DNA of 64,000 nucleotides from contig CAWBOS010000012.1 in assembly GCA_963790475.1 (NCBI GenBank), positions 448,001 to 512,000 on the forward strand. Direction: 5' to 3'. The position numbers and the translations under genes are program-made. Positions 9,377-18,806 of this stretch are shown here, piece by piece. This stretch comes from an uncultured delta proteobacterium. GTDB lineage: Bacteria; Desulfobacterota; RBG-13-43-22. Under the pieces are notes generated by a model. It did not search any database. It was not told the DNA's origin and was given only the letters and a program-made list of their open reading frames with translations. Position 1 is the stretch's first letter; every line of letters begins with the position of its first letter.

Positions 9377-10999
9377 ATTAACCGCATTTTTGGACAAACC
9401 TCCGGTCTCAAGGCCCTTTATTTAAAAAAACTCGAATCCCTTTTTCGCCGTCAGATAAATCCTGCCCAAATTGTTTCGCCAGAATTGGCCTCTTTCCTGG
9501 CCCAACTTTCCTTCGAACTCAATCGTCAAATCGGTCTGTTAGTCAATAGGAAAGGCGGGATTGAAACCGTGATCCTGGGGGATGACCAATCCATTGTTAT
9601 CCCCCAGTTGCCTCAATCCCGAATTGGAGCCGGCCGGCTCAAGGGCCTGCGCTTACTCCATACCCATTTGAAAGGAGAACCGATCAGCGAGGAGGACAAG
9701 ATGGACCTGGCTTTGTTGCGACTGGACATGGTAACCGCGATCGGGGTCGATTCTGCCGGCCAGGCACAACGGCTGTGTACGGCCCACTTGCTTCCCGATA
9801 ACCCGGAAGGCCAACAATGGATGATTCTGGACTCGGAACAGATCGGGCAATCCGGGGTGGATGTCAGCGGCTTGATCCGCTCCCTCGAAGAAGAATGGGG
9901 CAGAAAGATCGCCTCCAATAAAATTCATACCCGGGGCGAACGGGCTATCCTGGTCAGTGTAACCACCCAGTCCAGGGCTGCGGTCCAGGAATCCATGCAG
10001 GAATTGGAGGAACTGGCCCGTTCGGCCGGTCTGACGGTTTTGGAGACCGTGATCCAATCCAGGAAAGAAGTCAGCCCCAAATTCCTTATGGGCAAAGACC
10101 GGTTGAGCAGCCTTTCCATCCGGGCCCTCCAACTTGGGGCCACCCTTCTTATTTTTGATCAGGATTTGAACCCGTCTCAGGTCCGCTCGTTGACCGATTT
10201 CACCGACCTGAAGGTAATCGACCGCACCCAGTTGATCCTGGATATCTTTGCCCAGCGGGCGAGGACCAGGGAAGGCAAACTCCAGGTGGAGACGGCCCAA
10301 TTGAAATATATGCTGCCTCGCCTGGTCGGGCGGGATGATGCCCTATCCCGTTTGACCGGGGGTATCGGAGGCCGGGGACCCGGGGAAACCAGACTGGAGA
10401 TCGACCGCCGCCGGGTCCGGGATAAAATTAATCGTCTTCAAAAAGAATTGGAAACCATCCGAGCCCAGCGAAAGCAAAGGCGAGGGAAAAGAAACCGGAA
10501 GGGGTTGCCGGTGATTTCCATCGTCGGCTACACCAATGCCGGTAAAACCACCCTGTTAAACACTCTGACCCACAGCCGTCAGACGGCCGAAGATCTCTAT
10601 TTTGCCACTTTGGATCCAACCAGCCGCCGGCTTAGATTTCCGAAAGATCGTGAAGTCATCATTACTGATACAGTCGGCTTTATAAAAAACCTGCCCAAAG
10701 ATTTGCTGACCGCCTTTCGGGCCACCCTGGAAGAGTTGGAAGAAGCCGACCTCCTGTTACATGTCATTGATGTCAGTCATCCCCGGTTTGAAGACCAGAT
10801 GCTGGTAGTTGAAAATCTGTTGGGAGAGCTTGACCTTTCCCGGATCCGAATCCTTCGGGTATTCAGCAAAGTTGATCTGGTTTCCAAAGAATATGCTGCC
10901 ACCCAGTGTGCCCGCTATCAGGCCATCCCGGTTTGCGCTTTACAGGAAGAGACTCTAAAGGAATTGCTGGGTGCCATGGAACAAGCGATGGGGAAATAG
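9377..10999 (+). CDS. hflX: GTPase HflX with long N-terminal extension; probable non-canonical ATT start
   Basis: GYTNAGKTT, FATLDPT, DTVGF, GPGETRLEIDRR. Frame is open back to ATT 9377 (NRIFGQTSGLK...) with AAGGA 7 nt upstream. Confidence 0.93.
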   Translation: MNRIFGQTSGLKALYLKKLESLFRRQINPAQIVSPELASFLAQLSFELNRQIGLLVNRKGGIETVILGDDQSIVIPQLPQSRIGAGRLKGLRLLHTHLKGEPISEEDKMDLALLRLDMVTAIGVDSAGQAQRLCTAHLLPDNPEGQQWMILDSEQIGQSGVDVSGLIRSLEEEWGRKIASNKIHTRGERAILVSVTTQSRAAVQESMQELEELARSAGLTVLETVIQSRKEVSPKFLMGKDRLSSLSIRALQLGATLLIFDQDLNPSQVRSLTDFTDLKVIDRTQLILDIFAQRARTREGKLQVETAQLKYMLPRLVGRDDALSRLTGGIGGRGPGETRLEIDRRRVRDKINRLQKELETIRAQRKQRRGKRNRKGLPVISIVGYTNAGKTTLLNTLTHSRQTAEDLYFATLDPTSRRLRFPKDREVIITDTVGFIKNLPKDLLTAFRATLEELEEADLLLHVIDVSHPRFEDQMLVVENLLGELDLSRIRILRVFSKVDLVSKEYAATQCARYQAIPVCALQEETLKELLGAMEQAMGK

Positions 11000-11055
11000 T
11001 TGCGATTAGATGATCCGCTCGGAAACCGTCATATAATTTGCAGCACTACCAAAGT

Positions 11056-11928
11056 TTAATTTATAATAATCTTATAACCACAATGAAACTTTTTCCCTGC
11101 TTCCAAAGATAAAATACCCGGCTTTTTGGTTATATCCCCATCACTGTTTGCAGGCGAAGCAACTCCATGCCAAGGCTCAATACATACAAATGGCGCCCCT
11201 GTGGCCGGGGACCAAATACCAAGATAAGGATAGCCGTCAAGGGTAACCGAAACCTTTCTTTGATGATTTTTGCTTGATATGGAAACTGAACCTGACTTGA
11301 AATTTTCCAAAATTATCGCCCTTCTTTTGAATAATCCTTCCGAAAGCCTTACTGTTTTTTCATGATCCAAAAAAGGTTCCTTCTTCTCTATTAATAATGA
11401 ATTCTCCAAGAATCTCCGGTCTAGCTCTTCCTCCTCATCAAATACCAGAGAATAATCCTCCATAGTTTCTCCTTTAAGTAATGGACAATTGAACCCCGGA
11501 TGTTCTCCAATAGAAAACCACATCTTTTCCTTACTCCTGTTAACGATATGATGTCCGACTAAGACCGAATTCTTATCAAGGATATAGGTGTTATAGAGCT
11601 CAAAGGAAAAAGGAAACTTTTTTAGAGTCTGCAGGTTTTCCTTAAGCAAAAAACTCAAGCTGATGTCCGTAGCTTCGATCATTTCAAACTCAGAATCCCT
11701 GGCAAAGCCATGGGGCTCCATTTCATATTCTTTTCCTTTCAGTGTGTATTTACTATTTTTTACAGCACCCACGATTGGGAAAAGGGTTGGTGAATGTCTG
11801 GCCCAGTACCTGGCGTCTCCTTGCCATAAGAATTCCACCCGATCAGAAATGGTTTGAATACTCATGGGCTCTGCACCCAGAGAGTCGGCTTCAAACTTTA
11901 AAAAGTTATTTGAAATTTTATATCGCAT
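11056..11928 (-). CDS. aldose 1-epimerase family protein (LacX-like)
   Basis: EFLWQGDARYWARHSPTLFPIVG, HGFARD, IGEHPGF, FVCIEPWHG. Confidence 0.9.
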   Translation of the reverse strand: MRYKISNNFLKFEADSLGAEPMSIQTISDRVEFLWQGDARYWARHSPTLFPIVGAVKNSKYTLKGKEYEMEPHGFARDSEFEMIEATDISLSFLLKENLQTLKKFPFSFELYNTYILDKNSVLVGHHIVNRSKEKMWFSIGEHPGFNCPLLKGETMEDYSLVFDEEEELDRRFLENSLLIEKKEPFLDHEKTVRLSEGLFKRRAIILENFKSGSVSISSKNHQRKVSVTLDGYPYLGIWSPATGAPFVCIEPWHGVASPANSDGDITKKPGILSLEAGKKFHCGYKIIIN

Positions 11929-12021
11929 TTAATTTTCTCCGCCAAAATAAATCGGATTATTGGACCATGATATCCAATAAAACCTCCCCCACACTTTCCC
12001 TCGGCCCGTAGATGCCGACGC

Positions 12022-12693
12022 TCATCCAGCCTGTCTGGCAGCAATTAGCTGTCCCCACTTTTCCTTGAAAACGGAAAGGATATTATCCTTGCGGTCTTCC
12101 TTCCAGTCAGGATTCCAACCCAATCCCATATCCTCACCGATCAGGATGATTGAGATCTGGGTCATTCTGGGCTTGGCCTCAATGATGGTGGTGACGGTAC
12201 AGACCCTCATCGGAGATTTGCAGTCCGTGCACTTGCCCTCGACCGCGCAGGGCGTTTTGAGTCCGGCATTCCTGGCTATATTGGGGGCGATCACGCTTTT
12301 AATCCGGTCCAGGGCGGCAGGTACATCTTTGACGAGCTTATTCAACCCGACTATGACGATAACCTGTTTCGGTCCAAAGATCATGCTGGTCACCCGATTA
12401 CCGGTCATGTCGGTATTGACCAGTTTTCCATCCAGAGTGATCGCATTGCTGCCGGTCAGGTAAATTTCCGGACGAGAACGGGTTAACTGACCTCTTTCCA
12501 TCAACACCTCAATGACACCCAGTTGCATCAGGGATGTGGATCCGCCCATACCGACCTTGGCCTCAGGGGGTATCATATCCAAGACCATTTTTGCGGCGTC
12601 GGTGGCCTTCTCAACATATTCCACTGGATCAAAGCGGTTTGATTTTAAAGATTTAATTAGGGTCTGTACTTCTTGTTGATTGATCTCCGTCAT
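12022..12693 (-). CDS. LUD-domain (lactate utilization family) protein with C-terminal Cys cluster
   Basis: VGMGGSTSL, SNAITLDGKLVNTDMTGNRV, FGPKQVIVIVGLNK, TPCAVEGKCTDCKSPMRVC. Confidence 0.88.
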   Translation of the reverse strand: MTEINQQEVQTLIKSLKSNRFDPVEYVEKATDAAKMVLDMIPPEAKVGMGGSTSLMQLGVIEVLMERGQLTRSRPEIYLTGSNAITLDGKLVNTDMTGNRVTSMIFGPKQVIVIVGLNKLVKDVPAALDRIKSVIAPNIARNAGLKTPCAVEGKCTDCKSPMRVCTVTTIIEAKPRMTQISIILIGEDMGLGWNPDWKEDRKDNILSVFKEKWGQLIAARQAG

Positions 12694-12740
12694 TAAAAAA
12701 TTCCCTTTCTCTCTTGATAATATGATAAGCTTTTCCTTTT

Positions 12741-12882
12741 AATTGATGGTCCTGTAAAAAGTCGTCACCCCGGCGAAAGCCGGGGTCCAGAAGTTTTCAT
12801 CTTGTTAAAAATCCTGGATTCCGACTTTCGTCGGAATGACGAAAATGAGCTTTCGGCGACTTTTTACGAGGACGTCACAATT
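12741..12882. mobile_element. MITE-like repeat with internal REP palindromes
   Basis: Inverted ends GTCCTGTAAAAAGTCG / CGACTTTTTACGAGGAC enclosing GTCACCCCGGCGAAAGCCGGGGTCCAG and CTGGATTCCGACTTTCGTCGGAATGAC. Confidence 0.8.
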
Positions 12883-13670
12883 CATTTCTCCGTCAATTGA
12901 TAAACTTCTTCCATCGAAACCCCTTCCAGACAACAACCTATGGCCCCGTTAAACTGTGGTTCTTTTGGGGTAATGACCGGAAGGCCATACCGTCGGGAAA
13001 GCAAGGTCTCGACTCCTTTATTTAAGGACACCCCCCCGCAAAGGACCAGGGGCAACAGAGGATAGCGGCGGATCATCTGAATGATTCTCCGGGCGATGGA
13101 ATCATTGATCCCGGCGCAGATCCTTTTTAAGGGAATCTTTTCCATAAGAAAACCGATGATCTCGCTTTCTCCAAAAATGGCGCAGGTGTTGTTGATGGTC
13201 ACCGGGTCTTCGGTTTCCAATGAAAGCCTTTTTACGCTCAGGTTCAGCAACCGGGCCATGTTCTCCAGATAGCGGCCGGTTCCGGCCGCGCACTTGTCAT
13301 TCGTCTCAAAATCCATGACCCGTTTTTTCTGGACCCACAGGACCTTACTGTCCTGCCCGCCCAATTCCACCAGGATAAAATCCGTTAAACCGGTTTGAAA
13401 GCAGGCCCCGCGAAAATGGGCACGGATCTCGGTGATGGTTTTGATTTTTTTCCCCATAAGGTTTTTGCCGTAGCCGGTAATGATCAGAGACTTTTCCGGG
13501 CGAAAACCCAAATCGGCCAGGGCCATAAGGTAATTGGTCTTATTCGTCCCCGTTTTCATTCGTTGGGTCAGGAACTGAACCGTATCGAGACGGATTTTCT
13601 TGAAATCCCTAAAGTCATGGGTTTGGACGATCTTGACAAATCGGCTTCCCAGGTCGATTCCAATCGGCAT
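12882..13670 (-). CDS. CoA-substrate-specific enzyme activase (HgdC/BadF-type ASKHA ATPase)
   Basis: GIDLGSR, TGYG, TEIRAH, LGGQDSK, NDKCAAGTGRYLE, CAIFGESE, GGV, GAIG. Confidence 0.92.
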   Translation of the reverse strand: MPIGIDLGSRFVKIVQTHDFRDFKKIRLDTVQFLTQRMKTGTNKTNYLMALADLGFRPEKSLIITGYGKNLMGKKIKTITEIRAHFRGACFQTGLTDFILVELGGQDSKVLWVQKKRVMDFETNDKCAAGTGRYLENMARLLNLSVKRLSLETEDPVTINNTCAIFGESEIIGFLMEKIPLKRICAGINDSIARRIIQMIRRYPLLPLVLCGGVSLNKGVETLLSRRYGLPVITPKEPQFNGAIGCCLEGVSMEEVYQLTEK

Positions 13671-13671
13671 A

Positions 13672-14682
13672 TTATCTCCTCAACAGGTCGATAAAGGCTT
13701 CGATACGAAATTTGGTTCGGTTGTCGATGGGCCGGGGTTTGTCTCCTTCCAGGGTCAAGATGGGAAGGGAAAGATGTTTTCGGATCAGAAGGTCCTGAAC
13801 CTGACGAAAGCAGAAAGTCTGGGTATAGTGGATCAGACCGTCCAGTCTTCGTTGCCTTACCGCTTGTTGAATATCTTTAATTCTCCCGAAGATGTCATAG
13901 GGATAAGTGTAGGCCAGATATTGTTGGAACAGATTATGTTTATATTGGGGCATACTGAACTGGCGCTGGATTTCATTGAATACAACCCTGCCCCCCATAT
14001 CTTCAATAAACTCATAAAGTCCGGATTGTATGGGAGGAATGCCGATGTATCCCAGTCGAACCACTTTCTTTAATTTTGGACGATGAGATATAGTCTCTAA
14101 AAAGGTGGTTAGTTCTTCTTCATACCCATTTAAATTTCCATTGAAGTCTGAACTATTGACCAAAAAAAGATGGTTTTCCCAACCATGGACCCTGTTGGTT
14201 TCCCAAGTCTCTTTATCCAGCAAGATGAGTTTTTCCCGGATCGATTTTATCCGTTTCCGGGTTTGGCTTACCTTAGACCAGGACACTCCAAAAGTCTCCA
14301 TCAATGCCTCGATGTTTTTTTTCATTATATCGGGGTTTCGGTCATAGGGATAATTGAAGTGGATGACCTGGATTCCCTGATGATCCAGGATTTCGGTCAG
14401 GGCCTGGGTATTGCTGCAATCCCCCTGGGTGACGGCGATGACGGTTTTGATCTCCGGTCGAGATTTAAGGGCGGAATAAATGCCTTTAATCCAACTGCAT
14501 AGGGTTCGGGGAAAGCCCTTTTCTTCAGCCTCTTCGACCCAAGTCCCCGCTTGAGGAGAGGTGATAAAAATATTATTCAAATCCACAAGGAGGCAGTCGG
14601 CGGCGAACAGGATTTCCACCGGAATAGTAGAAGTGATGCCAATTATTTTATTTGAAATATCAAATTGTTTAGACATTATCAT
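13672..14682 (-). CDS. 2-hydroxyacyl-CoA dehydratase family protein (HgdB/FldC-like)
   Basis: TIPVEIL, GFPRTLCSWIKG, GDCSNT, DGLIHYTQTFCFR, PILTLEGD, RIEAFIDL; adjacent activase. Confidence 0.88.
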   Translation of the reverse strand: MIMSKQFDISNKIIGITSTIPVEILFAADCLLVDLNNIFITSPQAGTWVEEAEEKGFPRTLCSWIKGIYSALKSRPEIKTVIAVTQGDCSNTQALTEILDHQGIQVIHFNYPYDRNPDIMKKNIEALMETFGVSWSKVSQTRKRIKSIREKLILLDKETWETNRVHGWENHLFLVNSSDFNGNLNGYEEELTTFLETISHRPKLKKVVRLGYIGIPPIQSGLYEFIEDMGGRVVFNEIQRQFSMPQYKHNLFQQYLAYTYPYDIFGRIKDIQQAVRQRRLDGLIHYTQTFCFRQVQDLLIRKHLSLPILTLEGDKPRPIDNRTKFRIEAFIDLLRR

Positions 14683-14876
14683 CCTGAATTTATTCGGATT
14701 GGGACCTCTTAAAATCCCTCAATTCTTTTAAACCACAAGAGCCGGCAGGAGTCAAACAAGAAAGAGAGATTGGATATCCGGCAGGGGCAAATAACTTGAT
14801 TCCTTTATCTTTTTACTTTATACTTCTGGTTATTAATAAATAGTAATGGATTCTGCAATTTAAATCTTGGGATTGA

Positions 14877-15185
14877 ATGCCTTCTGATAAGAAAAAGACC
14901 AAAGCAACCGTCGATCAGGTAAGGGACCCCCAAAAGGTACGATCTCCTAAGGACCAGACACCGGTCGCGGAAGAAGACCAACAGACCAGGGAGTTCCTGT
15001 TTAAAGCTTTCCATGACATGAGAAACCCATTGCAGGCCATTATGGGGTATACCAGTCTGGTCTTAAGAAAAACGAGGGATCAGATTCCGGAAAAACAGCA
15101 AGAGAATTTGGAGAAAGTCCTTCAAAGCGCACAACGATTAAACGAAATAGTGGATCGGATGGTAGCCTTTTATCGTGAGAAATAA
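14877..15185 (+). CDS. stand-alone HisKA (dimerisation/phosphoacceptor) domain protein
   Basis: H-box FLFKAFHDMRNPLQAIMGYTSLVL and second helix ENLEKVLQSAQRLNEIVDRM; no HATPase domain. Confidence 0.8.
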   Translation: MPSDKKKTKATVDQVRDPQKVRSPKDQTPVAEEDQQTREFLFKAFHDMRNPLQAIMGYTSLVLRKTRDQIPEKQQENLEKVLQSAQRLNEIVDRMVAFYREK

Positions 15186-15268
15186 CTAAAAACATGCCTA
15201 ATATTAGTTAGTGGATTATTTGTGCCTGTTTTAACGATTATTTTCGACAAGGGGAGGACCCGGAAATC

Positions 15269-16675
15269 ATGCCAGAGCCGTTTCAGATCTTGATCGCAGA
15301 AGATGATCCTCTGGAGGCCGATCTTCTTTCTCAGGAATTGGCCGACAATGGTTATAAAATCCGATGGGCCGAAGACGGGGAAAAAGCACTGTATCTTATC
15401 AAACAATTCTTACCCGATCTGGTCCTGTTAGACATCATACTGCCCAAAATGGATGGTTTTGAGGTGGTGAGGCAAATTAAAACCAATGCCAAGACCCGTA
15501 CTATTCCGGTCATCATGGTTACCGCTCTGGCCGATATGGATGAACGGGTGAAAGGGCTCGATTCCGGAGCCGACGATTATATCACCAAACCTTTTAAAAC
15601 CTTTGAGTTATTGGCCCGGGTGCGGTCGATGCTTCGAATTCGGAAGATGTATTTGGATCTGACTTCCACCAGGGCCAAACTGAAAGAATCCAAAGAGGAA
15701 AACAGCCTTCTGAAAAAAGAGATCCAGGGAAAATATTCCTTCGAAAACATAATCGGCCGCAGCCTGGCCATAAAAAAGGTTTTTTATCTGATGGAAAAAG
15801 CCATAGAAAGCCCGGTAACCGTGCTGATCCAGGGGGAAACGGGAACCGGCAAGGAACTGGTGGCCCGTTCCATCCATTACAACAGTACTCGAAAAGATAA
15901 ACATTTTGTGGCCCAGAATTGTGCCGCTCTGCCTGAGAGCCTGCTGGAAAGCGAACTCTTCGGCCACAAAAGAGGGGCCTTTACCGGTGCGGTGGCCGAT
16001 AAAAAAGGACTTTTTGAAATGGCCCATAAGGGGACCATCTTTCTGGATGAAGTTGGAGATACCCCCTTGTCATTGCAGGTCCGGCTTCTAAGGGTTTTGC
16101 AGGAGGGGGAAATCCGCCGTGTCGGTGAGGTAAACCCCATCAAGGTGGATGTTCGGGTCATCGCCGCCACTCATCAGGATTTAAAGGCCGAGATCGAGGC
16201 CGGGAGATTCCGGGAGGATCTTTACTACCGGATCCAGGCTTTTCCCATACCCCTGCCTCCATTGCGGGACCGGGGAGGAGATATTCCCTTATTAGCCGAA
16301 CACTTTTTAAAAAAATACTGTCAACGTCTGGAAAAAGAATGCCGATTCAGTCCCGAGTGCCTCTCTTTGCTGGATAAATACCCATTTCCAGGAAATATCC
16401 GGGAATTGGAAAATGAAATAGCCAGGGCCTTGACCCTGGCAACGGATCAGGGGACCATTACCCCTGATTTATTATCGGATTCCATAACGAAGACAACCGA
16501 CATCCCCCTCGGCGTCAAGCAAGGTACCGTTCATGCCGTTACCGACCGTCTGGAAAGGTCGCTGGTTCAAAAAGCCCTGGAAGAGTTTGGGGGCAATAGA
16601 ACTCGGACGGCCGAAAAGCTGGGCCTGAGCCGCCGGGGTTTGCTAAATAAGATTAGAAGATATGGATTGGAATAA
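15269..16675 (+). CDS. sigma-54-dependent response regulator (REC-AAA+-Fis HTH, NtrC family)
   Basis: AEDD, DLVLLDIILP, GETGTGKE, ESELFGH, GAFTGA, FLDEVG, FPGNIRELEN, GNRTRTAEKLGLSR. Confidence 0.95.
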   Translation: MPEPFQILIAEDDPLEADLLSQELADNGYKIRWAEDGEKALYLIKQFLPDLVLLDIILPKMDGFEVVRQIKTNAKTRTIPVIMVTALADMDERVKGLDSGADDYITKPFKTFELLARVRSMLRIRKMYLDLTSTRAKLKESKEENSLLKKEIQGKYSFENIIGRSLAIKKVFYLMEKAIESPVTVLIQGETGTGKELVARSIHYNSTRKDKHFVAQNCAALPESLLESELFGHKRGAFTGAVADKKGLFEMAHKGTIFLDEVGDTPLSLQVRLLRVLQEGEIRRVGEVNPIKVDVRVIAATHQDLKAEIEAGRFREDLYYRIQAFPIPLPPLRDRGGDIPLLAEHFLKKYCQRLEKECRFSPECLSLLDKYPFPGNIRELENEIARALTLATDQGTITPDLLSDSITKTTDIPLGVKQGTVHAVTDRLERSLVQKALEEFGGNRTRTAEKLGLSRRGLLNKIRRYGLE

Positions 16676-16715
16676 CAGGAAGATGATCTTCCTGTATCGC
16701 CTTATCTGAGTTTAT

Positions 16716-17330
16716 ATGTCGAAATATCCTTATACGGGTATTATATTAGCTGGCGGGCTGAACCGCCGAATGGACGGCCGGAACAAGGCCCTGCTTTCTG
16801 TAGGAGATCAGTCCATTATCGGCCGACAGATCGAACTTTTTGAGGAGTTATTCGAACAGGTAATCCTGGTCACCAATCAACCCCTGGAGTTTGTATCCTG
16901 GGAAGGCTTGATTGTCAGTGATTTACTTCCGGTTCGCAGCTCATTATCCGGAATTCATGCCGGTCTCTTTTACACCCGGTCTTCTCATGCTTTTATCGCG
17001 GCCTGTGATATGCCTTTTTTGAAGAGAGAAATGATCCAGCTTCTGATTAAAAACCTGGAACCTAAATGGGATGTGATCGTCCCGGTGACCAAGGAAGGAT
17101 ATCAACCCCTTTGTGCCCTTTACTCCAAACGGTGCTTAAAGATCATTGAAGATCAGGTATCCAAAGGGGACATGAAGATTTCCAAATTGTATTCCAAAAT
17201 AAAAGTAAAAAAAATTGCCGAAGAAAGCCTAAGAGAAATCGATCCCGATCTGATTTCTTTTTTCAATATCAACACCCAGGAGGATCTGGCCCTCTCCCAA
17301 AAAATGAGGGCCGCCTTAACCAATGGATGA
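16716..17330 (+). CDS. mobA: molybdenum cofactor guanylyltransferase
   Basis: GIILAGGLNRRMDGRNKAL, ACDMPF, QPLCALY, FFNINTQED. Confidence 0.92.
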   Translation: MSKYPYTGIILAGGLNRRMDGRNKALLSVGDQSIIGRQIELFEELFEQVILVTNQPLEFVSWEGLIVSDLLPVRSSLSGIHAGLFYTRSSHAFIAACDMPFLKREMIQLLIKNLEPKWDVIVPVTKEGYQPLCALYSKRCLKIIEDQVSKGDMKISKLYSKIKVKKIAEESLREIDPDLISFFNINTQEDLALSQKMRAALTNG

Positions 17331-18117
17331 CCAAAACCCGGGATTTGAAACCGCTAAGGTTTTTAAATGGACGGAAAAGGGACTCATAGAACAGGACCGG
17401 CCCATTATCCGGGAAGTCCCCGTGACCATTTATTTGAATGACCATGAAATCGTCACCCTGCTTTGCCTGGGGGACCATCTGAAAAGTCTGGCCGTCGGAT
17501 TTTTAAAGTCCGAAGGACTTATCAACCGGGTTGACGACCTTAAGTCGGTTTTTGTGGATGAAGCCAACCGGCTGGTCCGGGTGGAAATGGAAGAAGACAC
17601 CGATCTGGCGGAAAAACTTTTTCTGCGACGGACGGTAACCTCCGGATGTGGTAAGGGGACGACTTTCTATAACGCCCTGGATACGTTGATCACGGGGAAA
17701 ATCACTTCCCCTTTAAAAATAAGGGTTGATCAGGTTTTTCATTTAATGCGCCGTTTGGCAGAAGATTCAGAATTATACAAGATAACCGGGGGCACGCATA
17801 ATTCCGCCTTGGCCACGGCCGAAGACCTGGTGTTGTTCAGGACTGATATAGGCCGCCATAATGCCGTGGATAAGATCTACGGAGAATGCTTTCTGAATAA
17901 TATCTTCCTCGAAGACAAAGTTTTGGTGACCACCGGACGGATCACCTCGGAGATATTGATCAAGACCGGGCGCATGGGGATCCCGATTTTGATTTCTCGT
18001 TCAGCAGCCACCTCTCTGGCCATTTCCCTGGCCGGGCAAATCGGTGTGGCCCTGATCGGGTATGTACGGGGGAAGAATTTGATTGCCTATACTGGACGAG
18101 AACGAGTCAGCGATTAG
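17323..18117 (+). CDS. fdhD: formate dehydrogenase accessory sulfurtransferase
   Basis: LAVGFLKSEG, TSGCG, TGGTH, DIGRHNAVDKIYG, TGRITSEI, SRSAAT. Confidence 0.95.
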   Translation: MDDQNPGFETAKVFKWTEKGLIEQDRPIIREVPVTIYLNDHEIVTLLCLGDHLKSLAVGFLKSEGLINRVDDLKSVFVDEANRLVRVEMEEDTDLAEKLFLRRTVTSGCGKGTTFYNALDTLITGKITSPLKIRVDQVFHLMRRLAEDSELYKITGGTHNSALATAEDLVLFRTDIGRHNAVDKIYGECFLNNIFLEDKVLVTTGRITSEILIKTGRMGIPILISRSAATSLAISLAGQIGVALIGYVRGKNLIAYTGRERVSD

Positions 18118-18129
18118 TCGGTATAAAAT

Positions 18130-18225
18130 AAAGTTCGGGGTTCAGAGTTCGGAGTAAAAAGGCAAGAGACGGAAAGCAAAGGGCATGGAGCATAGAGCAC
18201 AGGGCAAAGGGTATAGGGTAGGATA
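18130..18225. repeat. degenerate heptamer tandem repeats
   Basis: GTTCGGG GTTCAGA GTTCGGA then GGCATGG AGCATAG AGCACAG GGCAAAG GGTATAG. Confidence 0.7.
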
Positions 18226-18286
18226 AGATGTTCAAGGCCCGGAAACTTCGGCAAGCCCTTCGAAAAATTCAGAGCCTTAAAATTTT

Positions 18287-18537
18287 TCAGATTGAAAGGA
18301 ATTTGGCAATCTCTTCGATAATGACCGGCAGATTGGGTTGGGTAAAGCTCATCGCTGGAGCCGGAATACGGTTTTGCTTTGGGTTGGGGGCGAGGTGCTT
18401 GTGATGCGGGTCAGAGCTCTGCAAGACAGGGTTATCAGGATGGGGTTGCGAGTCGTACCAATATAATTTTTCATCGCCCCGCCAAACTTTCATAAGAATA
18501 GTTCGTAATCTTCGGGCGTTCGGAGGGGATTATTCAT
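18287..18537 (-). pseudogene. DUF6516/TumE-like toxin, apparently internally deleted
   Basis: Start MNNPLRTPEDYELFL* overlaps the partner's stop and is joined out of frame to C-terminal VWRGDEKLYWYDSQPHP...PHHKH. Confidence 0.65.
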
Positions 18538-18806
18538 TAGGCGGCTACATGGATGAGGCCGGCTAAACTTGAATCATGTTGTTGTAACCGTTCGACTTCG
18601 TTCCGGTATTGAGCCTGGCGGTTGAGCCAGGTCCGATAGATGCTGGCCCATTCCCCAAAATCCAATGTCCAGGTATCATCCTCGGGCTCTTCCCCGCTGA
18701 TGTAGGCCGCATAAAAGGTCTCGGACCGAATTCCAAATTTGCGCTCGAATTTAAGCAGTTCTTCTTCGAGGGCATGAATATCGGTTAATAGAGGTTGAAT
18801 ATTCAT
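18537..18806 (-). CDS. putative antitoxin (TumA-like) paired with DUF6516 gene
   Basis: LLKFERKFGIRSETFY...DFGEWAS motif; TAATG overlap with downstream gene. Confidence 0.7.
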   Translation of the reverse strand: MNIQPLLTDIHALEEELLKFERKFGIRSETFYAAYISGEEPEDDTWTLDFGEWASIYRTWLNRQAQYRNEVERLQQHDSSLAGLIHVAA

